DNA of 64,000 bases from contig CAWCKJ010000002.1 in assembly GCA_963796105.1 (NCBI GenBank), positions 160,001 to 224,000 on the forward strand, in the 5' to 3' direction. This stretch comes from a candidate division FCPU426 bacterium (lineage in GTDB: Bacteria > Oederibacteriota > Muellerivitia > Muellerivitales > Muellerivitaceae). Position numbers and translations under genes: made by a program. The notes under the pieces were generated by a model. It was given only the letters and a program-made list of their open reading frames with translations, was not told the DNA's origin and did no database searches. Shown here piece by piece: positions 15,781 to 26,000 of the stretch (the first letter of the stretch is position 1; each line of letters begins with the position of its first letter).

Positions 15781-17427
15781 TTACTTGGTGTCGAACATCC
15801 AGGCTAAGCCCGCCTTGACGCCCATGTCGTAGAGGGGCGAGGAGGTGGCAGTCCTGCTGTAATAGTTCAACTGGAGGCCCAAGTCCAGGCCCATCGTGGG
15901 ACCGAAGACGAAGGCGCGGTATCCGCCGCCGGCAAACATGTGGTAATTCCCGGGCGTCATGTAGCTGAGGGATTGTGTGACCAGGTTAAAGCCAAGCCCA
16001 CCCATCAGGTAGCCCTCGCCGTCCCTGCCGGTTCCGAAGGGGAACAACCGACCTCCCAAATCCACTGGACCGACCTGCCAAGTCTTGCTTCCCGGGAAAT
16101 CAATGTAGTTGATACCAACCCCGAGTGAAATGTACTCGATGGGGCGGAAATCCGCGAAGAGCAAGCCCCCGAAACCGCCCGTGGAGCCCATGTTGGAGCT
16201 TCCAAAAGCGCCGTGACCTGTCACATCGAGGGTCAGGCTAAATTGGGAATTGAAGGAACTCCTTGAGGTTTTCCGGGACGCCACCTGAACTGGGGAAGAT
16301 TTTACCGGAGCGGCTGTGGGAACCGGGGTCGCGGGGGCTTTCGCCTGGGCTTGGGCGGCGGCCATTTGGGCCGGGGCGGCCGATTGGACCGGGGCGGTTG
16401 ATTGGGCCGGAGCGGCCGAAGAGGGAGCGGGGACCGAGGCCAAGGGGTTGGACTTGGGTTGGACAGTCACCCGGGCCAAGGGGTTGCCCCTTTCCAAAGC
16501 CGGAACCGATGAGTTGGAAACCGAGGGGACATTGGCGGCGGCCGGAGCCCTGGCCAGGGCCGGAGCGTTGACCGGCACTGAAGGCATGGAAGCCACTACG
16601 AAAGGCATGTAATTCAACCGGCCCAGGGCGGGGTTGCTGGTGTTGTCGTAAATGCCCCTCGCGATTTCCTGGGAGTTGGTGGCGTTGAAATTGTTGTTGG
16701 GAATGCCAAGGGGTTTCGCCGTTGAGTTCACGATATTGTATTTGAGGTTGTCATAAATCCGGTTCTCGGTGATGACCGGGGCCCCCATGGCTTTCATGTA
16801 AATCCCGTATTGGTTGCCGACGATGTCGTTGTTCTGGACGACCGGGCTGGCCGTGTCAGCCATCAGGACCATGCCGTAGCCGTTGCGCTTGATCTGGTTG
16901 CCGATGATTTTTGGCTGGGAGTTAGTGGAGACCTCGATGCCCCTCTTGCCCTCCGAGATCGAACAGGAGGTGATGGTGGGGGATGAATTGTTGCAGGATA
17001 TGCGGCCTCCGATGATCCTACAGCCGTCGAGCAAGGAATTGGCGGAATCACATTTGAAGAAATATAAAGCTCCCCAAGGTTTGCCGGCTTCCGCTGAGAC
17101 AAAGGTTATCCCTGCATCGTGGCTAGACACGGCCTTCAAGCCTCCCTCGATCACCAGGTTGGGGCCTGTCCCAGCCTTGTCGCCCGGCAAGGGGACGAAA
17201 CGCACTGTAACGCCTGGGTCAATGGTCAAGACGGCCCCGGGGGAGACGGTGATGTCGTTCTGGATCACGTAAGGGCTGTTTTCCGGGGTCCACTCGCTCG
17301 AGACGGTGATGTTATTCTGGACATAGGAGGGTCCGGCGGAGACAGGCTTGCGGGATAAAACCGCCGCCAGACTAACTCCGATCAAAAGTACCAAGCCGAC
17401 AAAAATGAGGATGTCCCTGAGTTTCAT
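15781..17427 (-). CDS. Right-handed beta-helix domain + Ala/Pro linker + C-terminal beta-barrel-like domain
   Basis: WTPENSPYVI, LTIDPGVTVRF, SSPTITSC/NQIKRNGYG parallel beta-helix repeats; C-terminus KAGLAWMFDTK. Confidence 0.7.
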   Translation of the reverse strand: MKLRDILIFVGLVLLIGVSLAAVLSRKPVSAGPSYVQNNITVSSEWTPENSPYVIQNDITVSPGAVLTIDPGVTVRFVPLPGDKAGTGPNLVIEGGLKAVSSHDAGITFVSAEAGKPWGALYFFKCDSANSLLDGCRIIGGRISCNNSSPTITSCSISEGKRGIEVSTNSQPKIIGNQIKRNGYGMVLMADTASPVVQNNDIVGNQYGIYMKAMGAPVITENRIYDNLKYNIVNSTAKPLGIPNNNFNATNSQEIARGIYDNTSNPALGRLNYMPFVVASMPSVPVNAPALARAPAAANVPSVSNSSVPALERGNPLARVTVQPKSNPLASVPAPSSAAPAQSTAPVQSAAPAQMAAAQAQAKAPATPVPTAAPVKSSPVQVASRKTSRSSFNSQFSLTLDVTGHGAFGSSNMGSTGGFGGLLFADFRPIEYISLGVGINYIDFPGSKTWQVGPVDLGGRLFPFGTGRDGEGYLMGGLGFNLVTQSLSYMTPGNYHMFAGGGYRAFVFGPTMGLDLGLQLNYYSRTATSSPLYDMGVKAGLAWMFDTK

Positions 17428-17771
17428 TTACTACGCTCCTTAAAATTAAAAATTACATCCATCACTATTCGATAAAGTGATTTTGATCCGATCTCGTTTA
17501 TAAATTGTTTAAGAGGTTAGTATTGTAAATAAACGAGGTATAATGATTTGAAAATATTAGGTTTCTACTGAGTTAACCCTTTAACCTTCATGTGTTTTTA
17601 AATTATAGTCAAACATTCCTTTTTGGGAACTCATTTGTGAAATATTTTGTTTTTGCGAGAAAAATACTTAAAAAAACAGGGTTTTGAAGGTTTTGGTTAA
17701 GGGGGAACTTTGTTTAAAGAATATTTAAGACGCTCCAAGGGTGGTGAACCCGGCGCCGGAGGCGGGTTTGG

Positions 17772-19013
17772 TTATTCGGAAGGTTTGAGGTATTTCCTGG
17801 CGGTTTTAGTATTGGGAAAGATTCGAAGGGCCTCACGGTAATTAATTTGAGCTGCCTTGGGCTGGTGGAGGTAGAACTGGCAGGTCAAACCCAGCATGGT
17901 GTAAATCTCGGCCGTAAAGGAATTCGGGACCTTCGGACTTTTTTCACGCAGGGCCTTCTTAAAAAGACTGGCGGCCTTTTTGAAATGTTTTTTCCTGTAA
18001 GCCTCGATACCCGCGTCAAAATCAGCCATCATCCGCACCGACCCGATATATTTCCTGGCCGTACCGGTCAAGGGGTCGATTTTCAAGGCCAACCGGTAGT
18101 ATTTGGCGGCCTTGGCCGCCTGGAGCAAGTTGAATTCGTACATCAAGCCAACCATGGCATAGGCTTCAGCCCTGTAGTAACTCGGAACGGAGGAATCCTT
18201 CATCCGCGTTGACTTCAATAAACACTCGATTGATTTGGAATAGGATTTTTCATGGTAAGCCTGGATGCCCCGTTTATAAGCCCCCAACAATGACGTTGGA
18301 CTGGCCTGAGGAACTTCGGCCGCCGCGACACTGGGCCCATTCGCGGTTTCCGGCTTGGCTGATGAGTTCTCAAGGTTGACCTCGACGGCCTCCGCCCCTT
18401 CCGGCTCCATGGAAGCCGCAGGTGTTTTTTCGGCGGGGGCTTGGGCTGTCTTTTTAACAGGTTCTCCCGCGGAGTTCTTGGTCCCAAAGAAGAAGGTCAG
18501 ACCCGCCTTGATTCCGGCGTCATAGAGGGGCGGGAGGTTGGCCAAACGGGAGTAATAGTCGCATTGGGCGCCCAGGTCCAAGGCCATGTCAGGGCCGAAG
18601 ATGAAAGCCCGATAGCCGGCCCCGAGATACATGTGGTAATCGCCGGAGGTCTTAGCGGATGAGGACAGGCTCAAGAGATTGTAGCCAAAGCCGCCCTGCA
18701 GGTAAACCTCGCCGGACTTGGACGAGCCGAAGGGGAAGATTCTTGCGCCCAGGTCAAAGGGGGCGATCTGCCAATTGTTGGTACCTGGAAAATTCAAGTA
18801 ATTGACTCCGATCCCGAGGGAATAATACGCAGTGGGCCGCCAGTCGGCAAAGAGGGATCCTCCGACTCCGCTGGAAAAATTAAGATTGGAGGCGTTGTTG
18901 AAACCCTCGCGCCCAGTCGCGTCCAGGGTTAGGCTGAAGGGAGAATAGGAACCGGAGTCAGCGGCAGCTGGGATTGTCAGAAGGAGAAGGGAGGCGGCGA
19001 GGTAAGGTCGCAA
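17772..19013 (-). CDS. N-terminal beta-barrel-like domain + two TPR-like modules
   Basis: FSLTLDATG...FADWRP...DLGARIFPFG barrel; AEAYAMVG...YYRLALKIDP TPR repeats. Confidence 0.7.
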   Translation of the reverse strand: MRPYLAASLLLLTIPAAADSGSYSPFSLTLDATGREGFNNASNLNFSSGVGGSLFADWRPTAYYSLGIGVNYLNFPGTNNWQIAPFDLGARIFPFGSSKSGEVYLQGGFGYNLLSLSSSAKTSGDYHMYLGAGYRAFIFGPDMALDLGAQCDYYSRLANLPPLYDAGIKAGLTFFFGTKNSAGEPVKKTAQAPAEKTPAASMEPEGAEAVEVNLENSSAKPETANGPSVAAAEVPQASPTSLLGAYKRGIQAYHEKSYSKSIECLLKSTRMKDSSVPSYYRAEAYAMVGLMYEFNLLQAAKAAKYYRLALKIDPLTGTARKYIGSVRMMADFDAGIEAYRKKHFKKAASLFKKALREKSPKVPNSFTAEIYTMLGLTCQFYLHQPKAAQINYREALRIFPNTKTARKYLKPSE

Positions 19014-19620
19014 ATGATTCTTCAGGATGAACTCCTTAAACTAAAACCCGTCAATAAATCCAGACGACGGCTTTGTGACAGGGGCCGAAACACGGCTGTT
19101 GATTTTGGCAAATGGTTAATTCTATTGGGGAAACCATTTAACTAATCGTGTTTTGCTGATTATATTGACAAGATAAAAAAGCACAATATTTTTTTAAATT
19201 ATGATCAATACCAGGGGACAGGCAAGTTCACGAGAAAAATAAGCAACAACATAAACCTCATGTGGCCAAATGGAACCGTTTTTCACACTTTTGAGCTGGT
19301 TTTTTTATTTTTACTTTGAAAGGCGGATGGGCGGGAGCATGGAATCGCGGGCCTCTTTCGCGGTCCGGACCGGCCCTCCGGCCGGCCCGCAACCCAGTTT
19401 CGGATCTCCCGGGGCGGAGGGAATCCAGACGGCTTATTCCTCGGATATTCCCACCGGAAAATTCCGGAAGCTGACCCCAACCGGGACCTCGCGGGTTTCC
19501 CAGCACTCCCCTGTTTAACCCCTTCAATTCGGTATCTCTTTGAAACCACTATTGCTATTTTTTCCGTAACAGGGTTAGGGTATGCGCGGTTGATCCCATC
19601 AAAAAAACGGAGCCAAATCC

Positions 19621-19767
19621 ATGGATCGAATCAAGCACCTTTTGTTCATTTATCAGTCCCCGGATAAACCCCGCGCCAAGCGGACGAAAAAACTGAGGGT
19701 TCTCGGGACCCAGGGAGCGGCCGCCGTGAAAAAGCGGAGAAAAAAACTGGCGGGAAGCGAGAATTAA
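19621..19767 (+). CDS. Putative small basic protein (48 aa), absent from the ORF track
   Basis: GGAG 9 nt before ATG; MDRIKHLLFIYQSPDKPRAKRTKKLRVLGTQGAAAVKKRRKKLAGSEN*. Confidence 0.3.
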   Translation: MDRIKHLLFIYQSPDKPRAKRTKKLRVLGTQGAAAVKKRRKKLAGSEN

Positions 19768-19878
19768 GAAGTTCCCGACGCCGCAAGACTTCGGAATTGA
19801 ACGAACAACATCAAAGTGATCCGTTAAAGGCATTTGGATGCCAAACGGACCTCGCATCACTTGATTCGAGGATTGCGC

Positions 19879-20355
19879 ATGAGGGATCGAAAAGACATTA
19901 AGGAAGTAGCTTTCAATAGGATATTGAATGCGCCCAGAGAGCTAGTGTTCATGGTCTGGACGGAACCAGACCGGTTGAGGCAGTGGTGGGGACCAGCGGG
20001 ATTCACCAATCCTGTTTGCGAGGTTGACCTGAGGCCGGGAGGATCGATACTAATTCATATGAGGGGACCTGACGGAACCGTTTATCCCATGACGGGAATT
20101 TTCAAGGAAATTGCCCCGCCTGGGAGGCTGGCCTTCACCAGTTCCGCGTTAGATGACCAGGGGATGCCCCTTTTCGAGGTTTTAACCACCGCGATTTTCA
20201 CTGAAGACGGGAAAAAGACCCTTCTTTCACTCAGCCAGTGTGTTATTCACGCGACCGCGGGGGCTACCCGTCATTTAGCCGGCATGGAGTTGGGCTGGAC
20301 CCAAGGCCTGGACCGATTGTCGGAGCATATCGCGAATGGGAAAGGCCCGGCCTAA
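19879..20355 (+). CDS. SRPBCC/AHSA1-domain protein
   Basis: APRELVFMVWTEP..WWGP.GF..DLRPGG...GW...LDRL. Confidence 0.85.
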   Translation: MRDRKDIKEVAFNRILNAPRELVFMVWTEPDRLRQWWGPAGFTNPVCEVDLRPGGSILIHMRGPDGTVYPMTGIFKEIAPPGRLAFTSSALDDQGMPLFEVLTTAIFTEDGKKTLLSLSQCVIHATAGATRHLAGMELGWTQGLDRLSEHIANGKGPA

Positions 20356-20459
20356 AATGGCGCAGGTTTCATGGGCCGATTCCACGGTCATTTCCCGGGT
20401 TGCCTCTGGTCGCAAGTGTGGATAAGCTATAAGTATTAAATGACAGCATCAGCCCGAGG

Positions 20460-21686
20460 GTGAAGATGTTTCGTTTTCCTTTCCTTGCCGCATTACTCCC
20501 CCTGTTCTTGTACGCGCTTCTTCCTATCGCCTGCAATGACAACCCCACCTCGGCCCCGATCCGCTATCTTCCCACCCCCACGAGCGTCTGCTATCCGCTG
20601 ACCTGCACGCCGACCATTACCTTTTCCCCGACTCAGACCCCGACGCTTACTCCTTCTCTCACCCCTTGCGGGTATCCCGGAAACACCTGCACGCCTAACC
20701 CGACCAACAGCGGGTACGTGTCCACCCTGGCTGGCTCGGCGGGAGTCAGCGGTTTTTACAACGCTCAGGGGACGAACGCGACTTTCAACTACCCGGAGGG
20801 CGCCGCAGCCGACTCCTCAGGAAACGTTTATATCGCGGACTGGGCCAACCACGCGATCCGGAAAATCGCGCTGGGCGGCCAAGTCTCAACGCTGGCGGGA
20901 AACGGGCTGTCAGGGTCGGAGGACGGGAAGGGCGTTTCCGCGTCATTCGATTATCCCTCGGGAGTCGCGGTGGATTTATCAGGGAATGTCTATGTCGCGG
21001 ACACTTACAACCAATTGATCCGGAAAATCAACTCCGGGGGCCAGGTGTCAACCCTTGCCGGTGTGGCGGGCGTATCCGGGCACACCAACGGGCAAGGCGC
21101 CACGGCGACTTTCAATTATCCGGTGGGAATCGCGGTGGATTCCTCGGGGAATGTCTATGTCGCGGACACCTCCAACCAATTGATCCGTGAAATCACTTCC
21201 GGGGGTGTTGTATCCACCCTGGCCGGGAAGGGAACCAGCGGAAGCGCGAATGGACCGGCCACAGCCGCGACTTTTTACAATCCTCAGGGAATCGCGGTGG
21301 ATTCCTCGGGAAATGTCTATGTCGCGGACACTTATAACAACATGATCCGTGAGATAACGCCAGGGGGGACGGTATCCACCCTGGCTGGTTCAGTCACGGC
21401 GGGATTCAACAACGCGACCGGATCCGCGGCTAAGTTTCATAGTCCAGTGGGTATCGCAGTTGATTTATACGGGGTGGTTTATGTCGCGGATTCATTCAAC
21501 AACATGATCCGGCAGATTGCTCCGGGGGGAGCGGTTTCGACCTTAGCGGGCACCGGATCCGGCGGTTCCGGAAACGGGCCCGGGACGAGCGCGACATTTT
21601 ATAATCCGGAAGGAGTAGCCGTTGATCCGTCCAGGATTGTTTACGTCGGGGACACCGACAATGATTTGGTTCGGATGATTCAATAA
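20460..21686 (+). CDS. NHL-repeat lipoprotein with Thr/Pro linker
   Basis: Lipobox LPIAC; six FNYPxGxAVDSSGNVYVAD repeats. Confidence 0.9.
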   Translation: MKMFRFPFLAALLPLFLYALLPIACNDNPTSAPIRYLPTPTSVCYPLTCTPTITFSPTQTPTLTPSLTPCGYPGNTCTPNPTNSGYVSTLAGSAGVSGFYNAQGTNATFNYPEGAAADSSGNVYIADWANHAIRKIALGGQVSTLAGNGLSGSEDGKGVSASFDYPSGVAVDLSGNVYVADTYNQLIRKINSGGQVSTLAGVAGVSGHTNGQGATATFNYPVGIAVDSSGNVYVADTSNQLIREITSGGVVSTLAGKGTSGSANGPATAATFYNPQGIAVDSSGNVYVADTYNNMIREITPGGTVSTLAGSVTAGFNNATGSAAKFHSPVGIAVDLYGVVYVADSFNNMIRQIAPGGAVSTLAGTGSGGSGNGPGTSATFYNPEGVAVDPSRIVYVGDTDNDLVRMIQ

Positions 21687-21974
21687 ATTAAAACGACCTA
21701 TTTATCCCCTCATTCCCAGCTGGGTGGTCCGGACTGCAATTCCATCAAGAACCATCCTTTTATGTGAATTATAAATGGTTTGTTTTGTATTGTTTTCATA
21801 GCAAATTGGTAACCAGAAGTAACCAAATGATTTATACCCAAAATGAGGTAAAAACACGGGATGAAATCAAAATGTGCAAAATGAAGCCACGGTAGCGCTT
21901 TTTTCTGTTTCCGCGAAGTTTAGTTAAATTTTCGTAAAATCTCAGACGTGAAGGTTTTCCGTTTACCTTTTTCA

Positions 21975-22003
21975 TTGACTGAAGTTTTTTTAAAAAGTAA
22001 TAT
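21975..22003 (+). promoter_or_regulatory. Candidate sigma70 promoter
   Basis: TTGACT-N17-TAATAT upstream of 22021. Confidence 0.4.
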
Positions 22004-22020
22004 GCGAAAACACTCTACCT

Positions 22021-23064
22021 TTGCCCACCCATTTATCCCTCAGCTTGGAAAATAATTTGCGACAGAAACTTTCAACCTCTTTGGTCAACCTTCGCTTGCT
22101 CTTCGTTTTTTTCCTAGCGGCTGGTTCCTTCTATTGCTTTTTCTTCCTATCCATAGCCAAAGCACAAGCTGCGGATGACGCTTCCAAGGCTGGCGCAAGT
22201 GTTTCACCCCAACCTGGGATGGTGGACTTATATAGGAAAGCTACCGATGCTTATAAAGGCAAAGATTTTGAGACAGCCTTAAACGATTACAAACAGGCTT
22301 TGGCCATCCAGGATCCCAAGGTCAAGCCCCTTTATTACGCCGAGTCCAACGCCATGCTTGGAGCGATTTACGAGTATTACCGCCAAGAGCCGGGCCATTT
22401 GGAAAAGGCCCTGAAGTATTACATGGAAGCCCTCAAAATAGACTCTGCCAATTTCATCGCCAATAAGCATTTGAAACCCCTGGAGGTCAAGATCAAGAAG
22501 GCCCAAGAGCAAGCCCCGGTTTCCATGGTGAAAGCCGAAGCGACGACTCCGATGGCTCAGTCCTCATCGCTGAGCTCACCCACAGTTAGGCTGGCGGGGA
22601 ACACTACGGTCCGCCAGGCCGTCAGGAACGCCGTGCCGTCACCGAAATCCAACTCGAACATCAACTCAGGTTTGAGTATCGGCGTGGGTTATCCCTACTT
22701 CAGCTTGAAATATTATTTCGACCAGGATTTCGGGACCGAGTTCAGGTTCGCGTTCGGCGACGGCATCAACGTTTTCGCGGGAAGGGGCTACTGGAGTTTC
22801 GAGAAGATCAGCGACTTCAGCCTTTTCACGGGATTGGAAGCCGGTTACATCACCTTCAACACGATGAACTCGGACAACACCATGAGAGTCAACGGGACGG
22901 GATACGAGTTCTCCCCGTTCGTCGGTGCTGAGTACTTCCTGGACAAGAAAATCTCCTTCATGATTGATTTCGGAATGCCGGTCATTGGGGTGACTTCCCG
23001 GGACATCAGCCTGGGCGGTATCGAATGGGTTACCAACGGCGCTTTATATTTCTATCCCTTTTAA
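22021..23064 (+). CDS. TPR module + C-terminal beta-barrel-like domain
   Basis: Signal-like hydrophobic stretch ending AQA; TPR YAESNAMLG...ALKID; amphipathic strands ending GALYFYPF; start codon uncertain. Confidence 0.7.
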   Translation: MPTHLSLSLENNLRQKLSTSLVNLRLLFVFFLAAGSFYCFFFLSIAKAQAADDASKAGASVSPQPGMVDLYRKATDAYKGKDFETALNDYKQALAIQDPKVKPLYYAESNAMLGAIYEYYRQEPGHLEKALKYYMEALKIDSANFIANKHLKPLEVKIKKAQEQAPVSMVKAEATTPMAQSSSLSSPTVRLAGNTTVRQAVRNAVPSPKSNSNINSGLSIGVGYPYFSLKYYFDQDFGTEFRFAFGDGINVFAGRGYWSFEKISDFSLFTGLEAGYITFNTMNSDNTMRVNGTGYEFSPFVGAEYFLDKKISFMIDFGMPVIGVTSRDISLGGIEWVTNGALYFYPF

Positions 23065-23067
23065 GGA

Positions 23068-26000
23068 ATGAATCAATTGATTAAATTGAATCGGATATTT
23101 TTAATCACGGTGCTTTTGCTTTTCCCTGCGGCGATTACGCTCGCCGACTTCAACCTGGGCATCATCTCGGCAATAAAAAATGAGCTGAAGTTCAAGCCGG
23201 AAGCAACTCCCCCGACCCCAACCCCGACCAATTTCGGGGGCTACACCAGCACCCCGACCGACACCCCCATGCCTACCTTGACTGACACCCCTACTTACAC
23301 GTTGACGGAAACTTCGACCGAAACGCACACCAAAACCCCGACGCTCACTAACACCTCCACCGACACATTCACAAAAACACCCACTCCTACGCTGACGGCG
23401 TCAAATACTCCTACGGACACGATGACGCCGACTTCATCCTTTACTGCCACACCCACCGCCACGGCAACCCCGACGCCTACCGCCACCTCCACCTTTACAT
23501 TCACTCATACCCCAACCAATACTCCTGCGGTTACAAACACTCCTACTGACACAATGACGCCCACCTTAACGGATACGACTACGCCGACACCGTCGGCTAC
23601 GTCCACCGCTACGGCAACGCCGACCTATACCAACACGTTTACAAACACATTAACGCCCTCGAACACAATAACGAATACCCCGACTGTCACCAATACGCCA
23701 ACGACCACCGATACCCCGACTAACACACCGACCGTTACAAACACACCCACCAACTCGCCTACGGTCACGAACACTCCGACTCAAACCCCGACTATCACGA
23801 ACACCCCTACCAACACACCGACCATTACGAACACGCCCACCAATACGCCAACGACCACCGATACCCCGACTAACACACCGACCGTTACAAACACACCCAC
23901 CAACTCGCCTACGGTCACGAACACTCCGACTCAAACCCCGACTATCACGAACACCCCTACCAACACACCGACCATTACGAACACGCCCACCAATACGCCA
24001 ACGACCACCGATACCCCGACTAACACACCGACCGTTACAAACACACCCACCAACTCGCCTACGGTCACCAATACCTCGACTCAAACCCCGACTATCACGA
24101 ACACCCCTACCAACACACCGACTATCACCAATACCCCAACTAACACACCGACCATTACAAACACACCCACCAACTCGCCTACGATCGCAAACACTTCGAC
24201 TCAAACCCCGACTATCACGAACACCCCTACCAACACACCGACTATCACCAATACCCCAACTAACACACCGACCATTACAAACACACCCACCAACTCGCCT
24301 ACGGTCACAAACACTTCGACTCAAACCCCGACTATCACGAACACCTCTACCAACACACCAACTATTACTAACACGCCCACCAACACGCCAACGACCACCA
24401 ATACCCCGACTAACACACCAACCATTACCAACACGCCAACGATCACCAATACCCCGACTAACACACCGACCGTTACAAACACAACCACCAACTCGCCTAC
24501 GGTCACAAACACTTCGACTCAAACCCCGACTATCACAAAAACCCCTACCAACACACCGACTATTACAAACACGTCTACAAATACCGTAACTAATACTCCG
24601 ACAGCCACTCCCACCTATACGAACACTTCCACTTACACCTACAGCTACACCCAAACGGCGACGGATACGACTACGCCGACACCGTCGGCTACGCTCACCG
24701 CAACGCCAACGCTGACCGATACCAGTACATCAACAAATGCTCCTACGGATACGCCCACGAACCTGGGAGGATATACAAGTACGCCAACTGACACTCCCAC
24801 GCCTACCCCGACCAATTTCGGGGGCTACACCAGCACCCCGACAAACACCCAGACTCCAACGGATACCCAAACCGACACTACAACCAATACTCCAACGAGT
24901 ACTTCCACGAACACTTTGATACCCACGGATACTCCTTCCAATTCGCCAACGAATTCAACCACCGCGACGCCTACAACTACTAACACCTTCACGCCCTCCA
25001 GCACAAATACCTCCTCAAACACCTCGACTCCAACCGCGACTTCTACTTCCACGACAACAGCCACGAACTCGCCCACCAATACATTTACCATTACTCCTTC
25101 ACCCACGGTCACGAGCACTCCGACGGTCACCTATTCGCCCACGAATACCTTCACGCCGACGAATACTTCCACGCCGACGCCGGATCCTTATGTCATCACG
25201 GGAACAGCGCAATACACTGGACCCAACAATACCTCAGGGAAATATCTGCTGGTGTGGGCAACCACCAACCTCAACGGAAACGGCAACTCGGCGTCCGTGG
25301 CGTTGACACCTTCCGCCAGCCCCATTCCATACACGCTTAATCTTCCCGGACCGGGGAATTACATCGTTCTGGCTTTCTTGACGAGCTCGCAAAATTTCAA
25401 TAACGGGGGGCCGTCCGCTGGCGACCCCTATATGATTTACGGCGGAACCACCAACGCCTGTCTTACATCCGGAACGCCTACAACCCTAGTATTTGCCGCG
25501 CCGGGGCCCTCGACGCAAACCGCCAACCTGAGTTTCGACAACGGGTGCATGATATACGGAGTTTCAGGGCCCATTACCTTCACCGGAACCGGCGCTGTCA
25601 ACGGGCACAATTCTTTGTACGTCCAGGGGTATATTGATCAGAATTACTTGACCCCGGTGAGCGGAGGGTCCAAATCGGCTACGGTGAATGGGGGCACTTA
25701 CAGCGTGTTGAGTCTGTCCGGGGCCGCTTCGATCTGGCTCCAGGCCTATTACGATCAATCTGGAAACGGGGGCAACGGGCCGGCGACCTGCGATCCCGTG
25801 ACGAACTGGGGGCCTGTGTCGGTGGGAAATACAGCTGTCTCGAATTACGGGATTACCTTGACCAGCCAAAACCTATACAACTGCAATAGCAGTTTATCCG
25901 GGCTCGTCTATTATTCAGGAATCGGGTCTGTCGGGCCGTCACATCCCATCGTGATCAGGGCCGTTACCTGCTCAGGAAACGGGGGATGCAATACTATCGC

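Noticed and set aside
23650..24654. Antisense Cys/Val/Gly-repeat ORFs over the Thr-rich stalks
   Set aside because: These are shadow frames produced by ACN-rich tandem repeats.
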